Below are positions 52,224 to 63,338 of a DNA stretch of 64,000 nucleotides, piece by piece. The stretch covers positions 1 through 64,000 of the forward strand of contig NZ_MWQY01000006.1 in NCBI RefSeq assembly GCF_002087085.1. The letters run 5' to 3'. The first letter of the stretch is position 1. Every line of letters starts with the position of its first letter. The notes under the pieces are model-generated. The model worked only from the letters and a program-made list of their open reading frames with translations. It was not told where the DNA came from and did not search any database. The translations under genes were made by a program, and so were the position numbers.

Positions 52224-52808
52224 TTACAGACCCTCCGGCCTCCAGGGTTCGGGGGGGCCCTCGTTTTCCGACTCCTCGATCAGAGCCGGCAGATAGATCA
52301 GGAGCCCCGGCCGACGGCGCATCAGAACGAACAGAATGCTGGAGGCGATAAAACTCAGACTCTCGTTGGCCCCCACCAGGAGCAGGCCTGAAAGGATACC
52401 CCCTTCGAAAAGGCTCAGGATCACTGCCCGGAGAACAACCATGAATCCCCAGGCCACAAACATATACAGAAGGGCGTAATAGGCGCTCGCCCGGATACGC
52501 TCCCTGCCTGCGGTGCGCAGAAGAATAAGCCCCCCGGCCAGACCACAGTACCCTGCCCCGTTGACAGCAACTGTCCCGATACCGCTTCCCGGCATCATAA
52601 GGGCGGAGGCGATACCAAAAAAAACAAGAGCCGGAAGGGCGGGGAGTCCCCAGCGGTAAAGGAATATCATGAGGGGCAGAAGGGCAATGGAAAAATAGAA
52701 GCCTGCGGAAAAAAACTTCAGCCCCCCCACGGCAATAAATTCGCCCGCAACTGCAAGGAACAGAAAAAAGATGAAATCCGGAATAAAGCTTCGTGTTGTG
52801 CTGTTCAT
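52224..52808 (-). CDS. Hypothetical membrane protein (about 5-6 TM)
   Basis: Hydrophobic ORF; ATGA overlap with the MATE stop codon. Confidence 0.75.
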   Translation of the reverse strand: MNSTTRSFIPDFIFFLFLAVAGEFIAVGGLKFFSAGFYFSIALLPLMIFLYRWGLPALPALVFFGIASALMMPGSGIGTVAVNGAGYCGLAGGLILLRTAGRERIRASAYYALLYMFVAWGFMVVLRAVILSLFEGGILSGLLLVGANESLSFIASSILFVLMRRRPGLLIYLPALIEESENEGPPEPWRPEGL

Positions 52809-54205
52809 CCCTTTGCCGCCTCTTTATATTTTTTCCGGTCTCCCGCAATAGAAGGCCAGAACCTTTTGCGGAATATGAACACAGCCGTAAGGGCGCTGAT
52901 TCCGGTGAGCAGATTGCTCAGGAGCATGGTCATACCGATGCTTTCGTATCCCAGGTCGAGATAATCCCGGAGGATTATCAGGGGCGGCAGCCTGAACAGG
53001 AAGAGCCGCAGAACGTTAATGACCAGAATTACCTTGGCCATACCGAATCCGTAAAACAGCGAAAACAGGGCGCTGGACAAGGTCAGGGAGACAAAGGCCC
53101 AGCGTTCATAGGAGAGGATGGTCTTGATCTTCCCGATAAACACCGGGTCTCCGGCACCAAACAGACGCCCCAGGGGATCCATAAGGAGCCCCACGATAAT
53201 AAACCCTGCTGCGCCGATGGCGATGTTGATGACCAGGGTCCGGTAAAAGGAACCCAGGGCCCGCCGGTGAGACTGATTACCCAGGTTCTGGGCGATGATC
53301 GTGGTATTGCCGTCCATAACCCCGTTGGAAGTGATTATTACCGTCCCGGAAACCTGATTGGAAATTCCCAGGGCACCCACGGCGAGGCCGCCGTAAAAAG
53401 CCGACAGGGCGTTCATCCAGAGCTTTCCGAAACTGAAAGCAAAGCGCTCAACCATAATCGGCAGCGAAAGGGCCAGAAGGGGCTTAAGGTCGGCAACTCT
53501 CGGTTTCAGAGTAACCCGGGTTATCCGAAGAGGATTCTCCGGGGCCCTCATGCGTCTGAAAGCGATGCTGAGCATAAAAGCCTGGGCAATCAGGGAGGAT
53601 ATCGCCAGCATTATCACCCCGGTCTTCAGGAGGTAGACAAAAACACAGGAGAGGCCCAGTTTGATCAGCATTACCATCAGGTTAAGGATCATTATCAGCC
53701 TGCTGTGACCTTTGGCCCGCTCGATCCCGATAAAGACCATGTTGATGCAGCTCAGGGCGGATGTAAGGAGTTCCACGGTCAGAAAACCCCGGGCGGTGGG
53801 CATCAGCTCCGGCGGGGTTCGGGACATCCCGAGGATGGGATTATTGAACAGAATAAGCAGGACCAGCACCAGGGCCATGGAGAGACTGATAAAGATAAGA
53901 TTACCCGCGGAACGTCCGGCCTGTTCATCATCATAGGCACCAAAGTGACGGGCCACAACTATACTGCCTCCCGCAGCCAGCCCAAGGCTCACCGAATCAA
54001 AGACAAACTTGATCTGATGCACGAAGATTACCGCCGAAACCTCCAGGGAGCCGACGGAAGAGGCAATGATGGTGTCGAAAATCTTGAACACATGATTCAG
54101 AAGACTGAATACCACCAGGGGAAAGGAGATTCGGACAAGAACGGACCATAGATTACCGTGGAGGATGTTTTCGCGGGCAGTGGTTTCTTCGTTAATCTTC
54201 TTCAT
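52805..54205 (-). CDS. MATE-family transporter, divergent
   Basis: About 12 TM; ILHGNLW, DTIIAS, ARHFGA, AQNLGN. Confidence 0.85.
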   Translation of the reverse strand: MKKINEETTARENILHGNLWSVLVRISFPLVVFSLLNHVFKIFDTIIASSVGSLEVSAVIFVHQIKFVFDSVSLGLAAGGSIVVARHFGAYDDEQAGRSAGNLIFISLSMALVLVLLILFNNPILGMSRTPPELMPTARGFLTVELLTSALSCINMVFIGIERAKGHSRLIMILNLMVMLIKLGLSCVFVYLLKTGVIMLAISSLIAQAFMLSIAFRRMRAPENPLRITRVTLKPRVADLKPLLALSLPIMVERFAFSFGKLWMNALSAFYGGLAVGALGISNQVSGTVIITSNGVMDGNTTIIAQNLGNQSHRRALGSFYRTLVINIAIGAAGFIIVGLLMDPLGRLFGAGDPVFIGKIKTILSYERWAFVSLTLSSALFSLFYGFGMAKVILVINVLRLFLFRLPPLIILRDYLDLGYESIGMTMLLSNLLTGISALTAVFIFRKRFWPSIAGDRKKYKEAAKG

Positions 54206-54290
54206 AGGCTCCGGTGGTGCACAGGCATCGTGAGGATCAGTCTATCAGGAAATCATGACAGGGTCTCGACTTTGAGTCGTTCAGGGAATG

Positions 54291-54318
54291 AAAAGTCGCC
54301 CCGGGTAAACCCGGGGCG
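54291..54318 (-). terminator. Intrinsic terminator after the large SBP gene
   Basis: CGCCCCGGG-TAAA-CCCGGGGCG followed by ACTTTT on the minus strand. Confidence 0.65.
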
Positions 54319-54346
54319 CAGGAAAAAGGAGGTAACTTTTTAGACA

Positions 54347-56392
54347 CTAGTCTGCAAGGGATTTGTAAACCAGGTTGTAGATCTTTTCTGTCTGTTCAAG
54401 CCCCCGGTTTGCCATCTCCGCACGGTACTCTTCGGCAGTAGGAACACGGCCTTCGCCGCCGGGGAGCTGTCCGCCGAAACCGAACTTCATAATGCGGTTT
54501 TCCCACTCTTCATGATACAGGGAAAAGGAGTTGAGGCTGAGGCTTTCCACCTGGTCTTCGCTCAGGGGAATAAGAGTCAGGGCCAGACGCCGCTCCGGCG
54601 GAACATCCGAGGTCAGGGAAGCCAGCGTCATGGGAGAGTCGAGAATCCGGTTGTGACCATTGGCATAGTGCTCGTTGCTGATCTGGGTCTCGATGGCAAT
54701 GGTCTGTTTTACATGGCCGATTCCCAGGGTTGCACCCAGGAAGCCGCGCATGAAGTTTGACCAGTTACCCTGGGTATACTGCAGGTTGTCCTCGTAGAAC
54801 TGGGGAATAAGCTTCGGTACCTGCTGGCCGCCGATGCTGGTGTATTCGTTCCAGTAGAGACCTTTGGGACCAAAGGTCATGACTTCCAGCCCTTCCTTGG
54901 AGAAGGGATAGTCCATAAGGAGCAGGGCCGCCTTCATGGTCTCGGGACTTACATCCTTTACAGCCGACCAGCCGCCTTCGTTCTTGACGGAGCGGTTGCT
55001 TTCCGAGAACTGTTCCAGGCCTTCGCCGAACCAGTCAGCCGCGGGGGGTACGACTGCCTCGAAGATGGTGCCGTACTCTGCCAGCTGTTCCGGCGGAATC
55101 AGGTCATGCAGAGAGACGGTGCTCGCCGCGTAATCGTAGCTCATGAAACCGTCGTTGTTCTGGAAACAATAGGTACGGAAGTTGTTGATGTTGCCCTTAG
55201 GCTGATCGAAGTCCTGCAGGACAAGACCTTCGCGATAGAGCTTGTTGAGGTTGTCCATGCCCATGTAGTACTCATCCGTCAGACGCAGGTCTTTCAGGGT
55301 GTTTTCTTTTGTTATGAGCCAGTGGTCAGCCCGGGAATCCAGTCCCCGGACACCCCAGATCTGTGCCAGGTTCCGCATACGCATATCGTTGTTCAGGTCC
55401 CGGATGTAGAAGACGATCAGGTCCTTGTCCTCCCCCGTCAGGTACTGGGGATTGGTCTTGATGGCCCGCATGAGAGCGACCAGTTCGTCCGCATCGTAAG
55501 CCGCATCGGAGCTGATAAACAGGTCGGAACGATTTTTGTACCCCGTCTTGTTATTCATATAGTTTGCATCAATGTAATCCCGCAGGGACTGGGCAAGAGT
55601 CCTGCCGTTCAGGGTACCCAGTTTGTTCTGGATATCGATGATGTTCTCTTTAATCGCGAAGCTCTTCACGTTGTCCTTCGATCCGACGGGAACCTTCTTG
55701 CCTCCACCGTAGTTACCGTAGAAGGAATCGTAGACAGGGGTAATAGTCCTGCCGGTATTGAAGGCCGGGGAGGGTTCATCGAGGATCTTCCGTACCCAGT
55801 CCAGACGCATAAGAAACATTCTTTCAAGACTGTTGATGTCGTCGAAATAGGGAGTCATGTAGATGTTGCCGTCCTGCTGGGTCAGCTGCATCTTGACCGA
55901 AGGGTTCTTGTCCAGGAAGGCTTTGAAGTTGGGCATCAGATCCCAGTGTTCGTTCAGAGGAACGAAGTAGCCCTGGACACCGTAGTCGCAAAGGGTTCTG
56001 GGGTGGCCCATATAGATATCCGAGGACTTGAAGCCCGTGGCCGCCGCCGCTTCCAGCAGCTCGTTCTCGTTGGAGCCCGATTTTGGCGTTGCATCTATGA
56101 TGTTGATGTTCAGGGCTTCCGCGATGTGCGAGTAGGTGGGAGAAAGATCACCCTTGTTGTAGGTTTTACCGTTGGGGGCCTCCCAGGGTGTGGACTCGTT
56201 GTAGGAGGGGAATCTCTGACCCCGGAAGGTCACGAAAATCCGTACATCCGCGCCGCCGCCGTCCAGAACGACGGATTCCGTCGCCTGCTCAGAAGAAGCC
56301 TGGGGAGCTTCTGCGCTCTCACCGCCGCCGCAGCCGATCATGAAGAATACAAGAACCGCAATTGCAAAAAGAGCAAAAAATCTTTTTTTCAT
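54347..56392 (-). CDS. Large carbohydrate ABC substrate-binding lipoprotein (681 aa), probably for pectic oligomers
   Basis: Lipobox MIGC; LMPNF, DGNIY..PY, RLDW motifs of LplA-like SBPs; locus context. Confidence 0.82.
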   Translation of the reverse strand: MKKRFFALFAIAVLVFFMIGCGGGESAEAPQASSEQATESVVLDGGGADVRIFVTFRGQRFPSYNESTPWEAPNGKTYNKGDLSPTYSHIAEALNINIIDATPKSGSNENELLEAAAATGFKSSDIYMGHPRTLCDYGVQGYFVPLNEHWDLMPNFKAFLDKNPSVKMQLTQQDGNIYMTPYFDDINSLERMFLMRLDWVRKILDEPSPAFNTGRTITPVYDSFYGNYGGGKKVPVGSKDNVKSFAIKENIIDIQNKLGTLNGRTLAQSLRDYIDANYMNNKTGYKNRSDLFISSDAAYDADELVALMRAIKTNPQYLTGEDKDLIVFYIRDLNNDMRMRNLAQIWGVRGLDSRADHWLITKENTLKDLRLTDEYYMGMDNLNKLYREGLVLQDFDQPKGNINNFRTYCFQNNDGFMSYDYAASTVSLHDLIPPEQLAEYGTIFEAVVPPAADWFGEGLEQFSESNRSVKNEGGWSAVKDVSPETMKAALLLMDYPFSKEGLEVMTFGPKGLYWNEYTSIGGQQVPKLIPQFYEDNLQYTQGNWSNFMRGFLGATLGIGHVKQTIAIETQISNEHYANGHNRILDSPMTLASLTSDVPPERRLALTLIPLSEDQVESLSLNSFSLYHEEWENRIMKFGFGGQLPGGEGRVPTAEEYRAEMANRGLEQTEKIYNLVYKSLAD

Positions 56393-56467
56393 CCTGCGAT
56401 CTCCTTTTTATTTTTTCCGGAACAAGGCACATACATGCCTCATGAACGTTCCGGTTAGGTCCCGTTC

Positions 56468-56965
56468 TTAATGCCCGCGCCTTTTGTCCAGTACGCGGAC
56501 CAGCAGACGCCAAAGAAACTCGTATGTCAGGTAGAAGAGCCCAAAGAGGATCGGCTCCACCTGCAGCAGGACAGCCCCTTCAGTACCGGAAATGCGGGTA
56601 TACACACTGTTGATCCCCACGTAGCTGAGTACGACCAGGCCGACCAGCATCACGCCCGCCAGGATGTTCATCAGGGTTCCCAAAGGCCCCCGGCGTCTTA
56701 CGGTGAGCCAGGGATTCTCCGGCGGGTTTATCCTGGTCATGTCCCGCACCACCGGCGCAACAACATAGGAGTTCAGAAGCCCCAGAACAGCACCCATGGA
56801 AAAGATATGCACCGGGCTTCCCTGTAGCTCCGGTGCGGAACCGAAGCCCAGAAAAAAGTAGACCGCCCCGGCTATCCACCATTTGAAAAAGCCGACCTTG
56901 ATTCCCACAGGTATACGATAGAAAAAACCGCTGCCGTAGGGCTTCAACTCCTTATCCTTCATCAT
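56468..56965 (-). CDS. Hypothetical membrane protein (about 4 TM)
   Basis: Hydrophobic ORF (KWW..GAVYFF, VEPILFG); ATG 10 nt after the upstream stop. Confidence 0.75.
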   Translation of the reverse strand: MMKDKELKPYGSGFFYRIPVGIKVGFFKWWIAGAVYFFLGFGSAPELQGSPVHIFSMGAVLGLLNSYVVAPVVRDMTRINPPENPWLTVRRRGPLGTLMNILAGVMLVGLVVLSYVGINSVYTRISGTEGAVLLQVEPILFGLFYLTYEFLWRLLVRVLDKRRGH

Positions 56966-56975
56966 GTTCCATGAC

Positions 56976-57437
56976 CTACATGATGTACCTGTACAGGTCA
57001 TCCGACTTTCGGGAGACGATAACTTCAAAAACAAGGGCCAGCACCGCCGCGAGCATCCCTCCGGCAAAGAGGGCCAGGCTGTAATACATTTCCGGGATGG
57101 TAATCTCCGCTGTCAGCAAAGCCGTCTCCGTCAGGACCGCCTTCATATACAAAACACCGAAAAAGAACTCCACGCAGCTCACAAGGAGGGTACCGACGAT
57201 TGCCGCCGCTCCGGCTCCGGCGGAGAAGCCGTAACCGTTCAGGATGTTTATGGTGGAACTGAGAATAAAGGCCAGCAGATAAAATCCTACGATAACGGTG
57301 GTCATCTTTGTTATGGCCGCAATATGGACGGTAAGGAGGGCCACCTGAAGAAATCCGCTCAGCGCAAGGAGATTGCGGGGATACAGGTGAACCCGGCGGC
57401 GTTTCTTCTTTTTCTGCTTCCCTTGTACCTCAATCAT
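56976..57437 (-). CDS. Hypothetical membrane protein (about 4 TM, basic N-terminus)
   Basis: Hydrophobic ORF 12 nt after the ATPase stop. Confidence 0.75.
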   Translation of the reverse strand: MIEVQGKQKKKKRRRVHLYPRNLLALSGFLQVALLTVHIAAITKMTTVIVGFYLLAFILSSTINILNGYGFSAGAGAAAIVGTLLVSCVEFFFGVLYMKAVLTETALLTAEITIPEMYYSLALFAGGMLAAVLALVFEVIVSRKSDDLYRYIM

Positions 57438-57449
57438 AGAAAAATCCCC

Positions 57450-58559
<1,110 letters not shown>

Positions 58560-59015
58560 CTATTCCTTTTCACGTGAAGTCCCCGTCTCCGCCGGAAACG
58601 GGTGTGTCCGGTTATACTCTTCAAGGGCCAGTCCGCGCCGCAACCCGACGATGCCGCTTAGCACAAGAAACACGCCGGAGATGATGACCGTTCCTCCGCT
58701 CCAGAGGGCCTGACTCGTCATTTCCATGTTCCACAGCACCAGGGGATGCCAGAAAACCTTGAGGATTATCAGAGCTCCCAGGAGAATAATGTTCCTGCTC
58801 GCCTTGACGCTGTAGTTGCGCGCTCCTTCAATGCCGAGAAAAAGTCCCATAAAGATTGCCAGGCTTATGAGGATCTCAATCCCCAGACTCATGGTTTTGG
58901 GAATGTAATCCAGGGTGTTGGCAATATAGATGCAGTAAAAGAGGAAGCTTAAAAGTCCGATATTGTAGGACTTCTGGTTCTGTTGATACCGCATGCGATC
59001 TACCCGGGTATTCAT
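58560..59015 (-). CDS. Hypothetical membrane protein (about 4 TM)
   Basis: Hydrophobic ORF; ATGA overlap upstream; abuts the ATPase ORF. Confidence 0.75.
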   Translation of the reverse strand: MNTRVDRMRYQQNQKSYNIGLLSFLFYCIYIANTLDYIPKTMSLGIEILISLAIFMGLFLGIEGARNYSVKASRNIILLGALIILKVFWHPLVLWNMEMTSQALWSGGTVIISGVFLVLSGIVGLRRGLALEEYNRTHPFPAETGTSREKE

Positions 59016-59536
59016 GAATCAGCCCCCTTTAGTCCGGCAATAGCCCGTGCCGTCAGCATTGCCAGGAACTGTCCCGAAATCAGAAGGTTCAGGATGAAGA
59101 TGACGAAACCAAAGCTGAAAACCGTGGTGGTGGCCTCGTAATCGGGGTAATAGATCCTGACATCCTCCACGTTCACCTGCAGGTAGGCTTCCCGAAAGGA
59201 CGGCATCCGCCACAGGCTGTACAGGGAAAGGACAATCATGCACAGGGCAAGGAGGGCCGCCAGGGCAAACTGAAAACGGCCGAAACTGTTCCAGAGCCTG
59301 AATCCGCTCATTCTCAGGACCGCAAGCACAACAATAGCGGCCAGGGAGAAATCAAAGAGGAGGCGGACATAGGCCTGGAAGCGGTCGTAGAGTTCCTTGT
59401 CCACCCCCCGGATCTGCACAAGGTTGGTGAAAAAGCCCAGGGAATAGAAGGCGAGGATAAAGACCATGGCGCCGAAAGCGGGGGAAATGATCCTTGGAAC
59501 CAGGCCGTCGGGTATGCGCCGCTCTGCCAGACTCAT
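59012..59536 (-). CDS. Hypothetical membrane protein (about 4 TM)
   Basis: Hydrophobic ORF; ATGA overlaps at both ends. Confidence 0.75.
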   Translation of the reverse strand: MSLAERRIPDGLVPRIISPAFGAMVFILAFYSLGFFTNLVQIRGVDKELYDRFQAYVRLLFDFSLAAIVVLAVLRMSGFRLWNSFGRFQFALAALLALCMIVLSLYSLWRMPSFREAYLQVNVEDVRIYYPDYEATTTVFSFGFVIFILNLLISGQFLAMLTARAIAGLKGADS

Positions 59537-60399
59537 CCCTTGACCCCCCCGACGTTGACGCCTTTGACGAAGTATTTCTGCAGATGAGGATAAGCGGCGA
59601 TAACGACCACCAGAGAGAGGACCAGCATTCCGTAGATGATGGCCTCCACCGAAAAATCCAGGGCAACGCCTCCTACCTCCTCCTCGAGTACCTCCAGAGA
59701 TTCGGTCTTTATACGCAGATAGACCTGCAGGGGCATATCGCTGGCATCGTGGAGCAGCATACGTGTCCAGAAATACCCGTTCCAGCGCCCCATCCCCACA
59801 AAGAGGGTAACCGTGGCAATGGCTGCCTTGGACATGGGAATGAACACTTTGGTCAGGATCCGGAAGTCGTCGGCGCCGTCAACAATGGCGGCCTCTTCTA
59901 TCTCCGAAGGAAGGCTCTCAAAGTAGTTCCGCAGCAGCAGGATGTTGAAGGCCTGTACACCGAAGGCAACGATGATGCCCCAGCGGTTATCCACCCCCAG
60001 TCTGACATAGTTGATGTAGGTGGGAATCATGCCGGCGTTGAACCACATGGTAAAGACGACCAGAAAGTTCAGCTGTCGCCGGAACAGGAGCCTCCGCTTT
60101 GCCAGCGCATAAGCCCCGGGGATGCAGATTGCCATGCCGTAAAGGGTACCGATAAAGGTGTAAAAGATGGTATTGGAGTAGGTTATCCAGAAGGTCTTGT
60201 CGTTGAAGATAAACTCGTAGGCCCCGAAGGTGATCTCTTTGGGCCAGAGGATTACTTCTCCCCGCTCATAGGGTATCCTTCCGCTGATGGATGCGGAAAC
60301 GGTATACACAAAGGGATATATTGCAAGGATCGCGAAAACCCCTACCAGTACATAGGCGAGGACCGTGAAAATGGCTTCGGTCCGGTCAAGTCGTTTCAT
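59533..60399 (-). CDS. Carbohydrate ABC permease (LplC/YtcP-like)
   Basis: AYALAK, FNAGMIP, IEEAAIVDGA, YPHLQKYFVKGV..GGVKG. Confidence 0.95.
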   Translation of the reverse strand: MKRLDRTEAIFTVLAYVLVGVFAILAIYPFVYTVSASISGRIPYERGEVILWPKEITFGAYEFIFNDKTFWITYSNTIFYTFIGTLYGMAICIPGAYALAKRRLLFRRQLNFLVVFTMWFNAGMIPTYINYVRLGVDNRWGIIVAFGVQAFNILLLRNYFESLPSEIEEAAIVDGADDFRILTKVFIPMSKAAIATVTLFVGMGRWNGYFWTRMLLHDASDMPLQVYLRIKTESLEVLEEEVGGVALDFSVEAIIYGMLVLSLVVVIAAYPHLQKYFVKGVNVGGVKG

Positions 60400-60448
60400 T
60401 CACAACCTCATCTCTATCCATGTTGTTCACCCGCTGCTCCTCCTGCTC

Positions 60449-61456
60449 CTAAAACACGGAGGTGTCCGAAATCTTGCGGCTGATATAGTTGGCCCCCAGC
60501 ACCAGCACCATGGCAATAAGGGCTTCGAAAAGACCGGCGGCGGTGGCCAGGGAGGGGCTGGTTGCCAGGGCCCCGGCCATTCTGCCTCCCACGCCGCCCA
60601 TACCGGTTCTGAACACGTAGGTCGCCAGTACATCCGAGGTTTCGTAGGTTGCCGGGTTGTACAGAAGCAGAACCTTTTCGAAACCCACCTGCAGCATCTG
60701 CCCGATACGCAGGATCAGCATTATGGTAAGGGTTGTGGCGATGCCCGGCAGGGTCACATGGCGGATCTGGTCCAGCTTTGTTGCGCCGTCCACTCTGGCG
60801 GCCTCGTAGTTGCTGGGGGGAATCCCCATGATGGCCGCGAAATAGACGATGGAACCGTATCCCGCCTTTATCCAGATATCCGAAACAATGTAGACACTCC
60901 GGAAATATGCGGGCTCGAACATGAGTTTCGTCTGCTCCGATATAAGTCCCAGAGCCTGCAGGACCCGGGTCACCAGTCCCACCGACCCGTGGCTGTTGGA
61001 GGTTATCAGGATTATCAGAGTGGTGATGATTACCTCGGAGATGAAGTTGGGCATGTACGACAGCGTCTGGGCCGCCGTCCGGTAAACAACGCTCCGTATC
61101 TCGCTGAAAAGCAGGGCCAGAATAATGGGCACCGGAAAGGCGAAGAGCAGTCCGTATATATTCAGCATGAAGGTGTTCCGGAAAGCCCGCCAGAACTCTC
61201 CGCTTCCGGCGCCGAAGAACAGCTCCCTGAAGTAATAAAAGCCGGCGAATTCGCTGCCCATTACCCCTTCGGTTACCTTGTAGCGTTTGAAGGCCACCAG
61301 GATTCCCCCCATGGGGAGGTAGCGCCACAGAAAAAAGAAGGCCACCATTGGAAGGAGCAGCACATAGAGCTGCCAGTCCTTGATAATGGTCGCGAGTACG
61401 CCCTTCTGCCTTCGCTCAAGTTCCTGCAAGCTGTGCGTTTTACCGAAAAAACCCAT
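60449..61456 (-). CDS. Carbohydrate ABC permease (LplB/YteP-like)
   Basis: YLPMGG...AFK, MPNFIS, YEAARVDGA, GFEKVLLLYN. Confidence 0.95.
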   Translation of the reverse strand: MGFFGKTHSLQELERRQKGVLATIIKDWQLYVLLLPMVAFFFLWRYLPMGGILVAFKRYKVTEGVMGSEFAGFYYFRELFFGAGSGEFWRAFRNTFMLNIYGLLFAFPVPIILALLFSEIRSVVYRTAAQTLSYMPNFISEVIITTLIILITSNSHGSVGLVTRVLQALGLISEQTKLMFEPAYFRSVYIVSDIWIKAGYGSIVYFAAIMGIPPSNYEAARVDGATKLDQIRHVTLPGIATTLTIMLILRIGQMLQVGFEKVLLLYNPATYETSDVLATYVFRTGMGGVGGRMAGALATSPSLATAAGLFEALIAMVLVLGANYISRKISDTSVF

Positions 61457-61486
61457 TGTCCTGATCTCCTGTCCTTGTATGGGCTC

Positions 61487-62320
61487 TCAGGCCATGTCGT
61501 CCATGGACGCCCCGTCCATGTCGTCGAAGGTCTGATTCTCCCCCACCATCCCCCATATAAAGGTATAGTTACCCGTTCCCACCCCGGAGTGGATCGACCA
61601 GCTTGGGGAGATTACCGCCTCCTCGTTGCGCACCAGGATGTGCCGGGTCTCCCTGGGTTCCCCCATGAGGTGAAAAACGGCCTGATCCGGATCGAGCTCG
61701 AAATAGAAATAGACCTCCATACGCCGTTCATGGGTATGGGCGGGCATGGTGTTCCAGACATTGCCTTTTGCAAGTTCCGTATACCCCATAACCAGCTGGC
61801 AGGAGGGAAGTACAGCAGGGTGTATAAGCTGCCGGATTACCCGCCGGTTGCAGTTTTCGTCGGAGCCGAGGTGAAGTTCCCGGGCCTTCCCCCTGGGCAC
61901 AGCTTGAGTATCGTAGCGCTTGTGGGCGGTTCCGCTGAGACAGTAGAATTTGGCGGGATCGGCGGAATCCCGGCTGGAAAAGGAGATTTCCCGGCTGCCC
62001 ATTCCGGCATAGAGTCCGTCCTTGCAGTCCAGGGAATAGTCGGTACCGTCGATACGTATCGTTCCCGGTCCCCCGACATTGATTACCCCCAGCTCCCGGC
62101 GTTCGAGGAAATAGTCGACCCCGAATACCCCCCGGTCTGTCTTCAGCTCCAGGGACTCATTGAAAGGCATGATCCCGCAGATAACGATGCGGTCTATATG
62201 GCTGTAGACCATTTTCAGGCTGCCGGGAACAAAAAGATTCTGAACAAGAAACTCCCTGCGCAGGCCTTCGGTATCGAGAACTTTGCCGTGTCCGGGGTGC
62301 ATAGGATGCCGTATTTCCAT
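61487..62320 (-). CDS. kduI: 5-dehydro-4-deoxy-D-glucuronate isomerase
   Basis: YSHIDR, FLERRELGVIN, WNTMPAHTHERRMEVY, SPSWSIHSG, GENQTFDDMD. Confidence 0.97.
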   Translation of the reverse strand: MEIRHPMHPGHGKVLDTEGLRREFLVQNLFVPGSLKMVYSHIDRIVICGIMPFNESLELKTDRGVFGVDYFLERRELGVINVGGPGTIRIDGTDYSLDCKDGLYAGMGSREISFSSRDSADPAKFYCLSGTAHKRYDTQAVPRGKARELHLGSDENCNRRVIRQLIHPAVLPSCQLVMGYTELAKGNVWNTMPAHTHERRMEVYFYFELDPDQAVFHLMGEPRETRHILVRNEEAVISPSWSIHSGVGTGNYTFIWGMVGENQTFDDMDGASMDDMA

Positions 62321-62338
62321 GAATCACCGCTCTCCAAG

Positions 62339-62428
62339 TTTCACATCGTGAAATCTTGTTTCATCTTTTTTCACAATAATTCTACCATAGATTTCCGGCG
62401 GGTCAACAAAAAGTTTCACATTATGGTA
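62339..62428. promoter_or_regulatory. Two candidate IclR/KdgR-type operators upstream of kduI
   Basis: TTTCACATCGTGAAA (62339-62353, perfect arms) and TTTCACATTATGGTA (62414-62428). Confidence 0.65.
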
Positions 62429-62457
62429 TCTTTTTCCTCTAAGAGGAACAAAGAGCC

Positions 62458-63267
62458 CTAAACCGCGACGATTTCAACCTCGTCGGTATCGTAGCCCAGA
62501 CGGGCTGAGATTTTCAGGGCGGTTTGACGGACCAGGGAACCGAGTTCATCCATGGAATAGCGGGTCTGATGAGGGCTCCAGGCTGTGCTGATTGCGGCAA
62601 TAACCTTGTTCCGGTAATCGTAGATCGGAGCGGCCACACAGCTGGTATTGTACTCCCACTCCTCGTCGTCCAGGCTGTATCCCTGGTCGCGGTACTTCCG
62701 TATAAGACTCAAGAGTTCCGGGACCTCTGTCACGGTTTTCTCGGTCCGCTTTACGCGTTCCTCTCCTTCCAGAATTCGCTGAAGGGAATCTTCGGGTTCG
62801 TCGAAGAGCAGAGCTTTGCCGATGGCGGTACAGTGAAAGGGACGGCGCATGCCGATTATCGCGAAGCGATGGGTACTGTCGAACTTTTCGATCTTGTCTA
62901 TGTAGACGACCTCGCCGTCCTTGCGGATGGCGAGAAAAACAACCTGCCCCAGCAGATTGGCGAGCTCCCGCATGTAGTACTCCGCCTCGGTCTTGAGCTC
63001 GATGCGGTTAAGGTACATTCCGGACATGTGTACAAAACCGAGTCCCAGGCGGTAGCAGTTGGTCCGGGGGGCTTTTTCCACGTAGTGCCGGCCCAGGAGC
63101 CCCGCAAGAAGCCGGTGAACCGTGCTCTTATGAAGATCCAGCCTGTTGGAAATCTCCGTCAGGGTAAAGCCCTGGGGATCCCGGGACAGAAGCTCCAGGA
63201 TATCGAAGGCCCGCTCGATGGACTGTACAGCCCCTTTTTTCCGGGAATTTTCAGAACTCTGTTTCAT
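62458..63267 (-). CDS. IclR-family transcriptional regulator (KdgR-like by context)
   Basis: VQSIERAFDILE, KSTVHRLL, HCTAIGKALL, GYSLDDEE, CVAAPI. Confidence 0.93.
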   Translation of the reverse strand: MKQSSENSRKKGAVQSIERAFDILELLSRDPQGFTLTEISNRLDLHKSTVHRLLAGLLGRHYVEKAPRTNCYRLGLGFVHMSGMYLNRIELKTEAEYYMRELANLLGQVVFLAIRKDGEVVYIDKIEKFDSTHRFAIIGMRRPFHCTAIGKALLFDEPEDSLQRILEGEERVKRTEKTVTEVPELLSLIRKYRDQGYSLDDEEWEYNTSCVAAPIYDYRNKVIAAISTAWSPHQTRYSMDELGSLVRQTALKISARLGYDTDEVEIVAV

Positions 63268-63306
63268 ACTATGAAACAGAGTATCTGATTATTCGGTAAA
63301 TTGCAA
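63256..63306 (-). promoter_or_regulatory. Promoter and 27-bp palindromic auto-operator of the IclR gene
   Basis: ACTCTGTTTCATA-C-TATGAAACAGAGT (63256-63282); minus-strand TTGCAA-N17-TACTCT. Confidence 0.7.
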
Positions 63307-63338
63307 CAGAAATCGTATAGGGAGCTCAGACAGGGTGA

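Noticed and set aside
60414..61328. 304-aa same-strand alternative frame inside the permease
   Set aside because: Arg/Gly/Pro-rich off-frame translation; the permease frame is intact.
60365..62461. 698-aa plus-strand ORF
   Set aside because: Antisense shadow of kduI and a permease; no recognisable motifs; expected with GC-rich codon usage.
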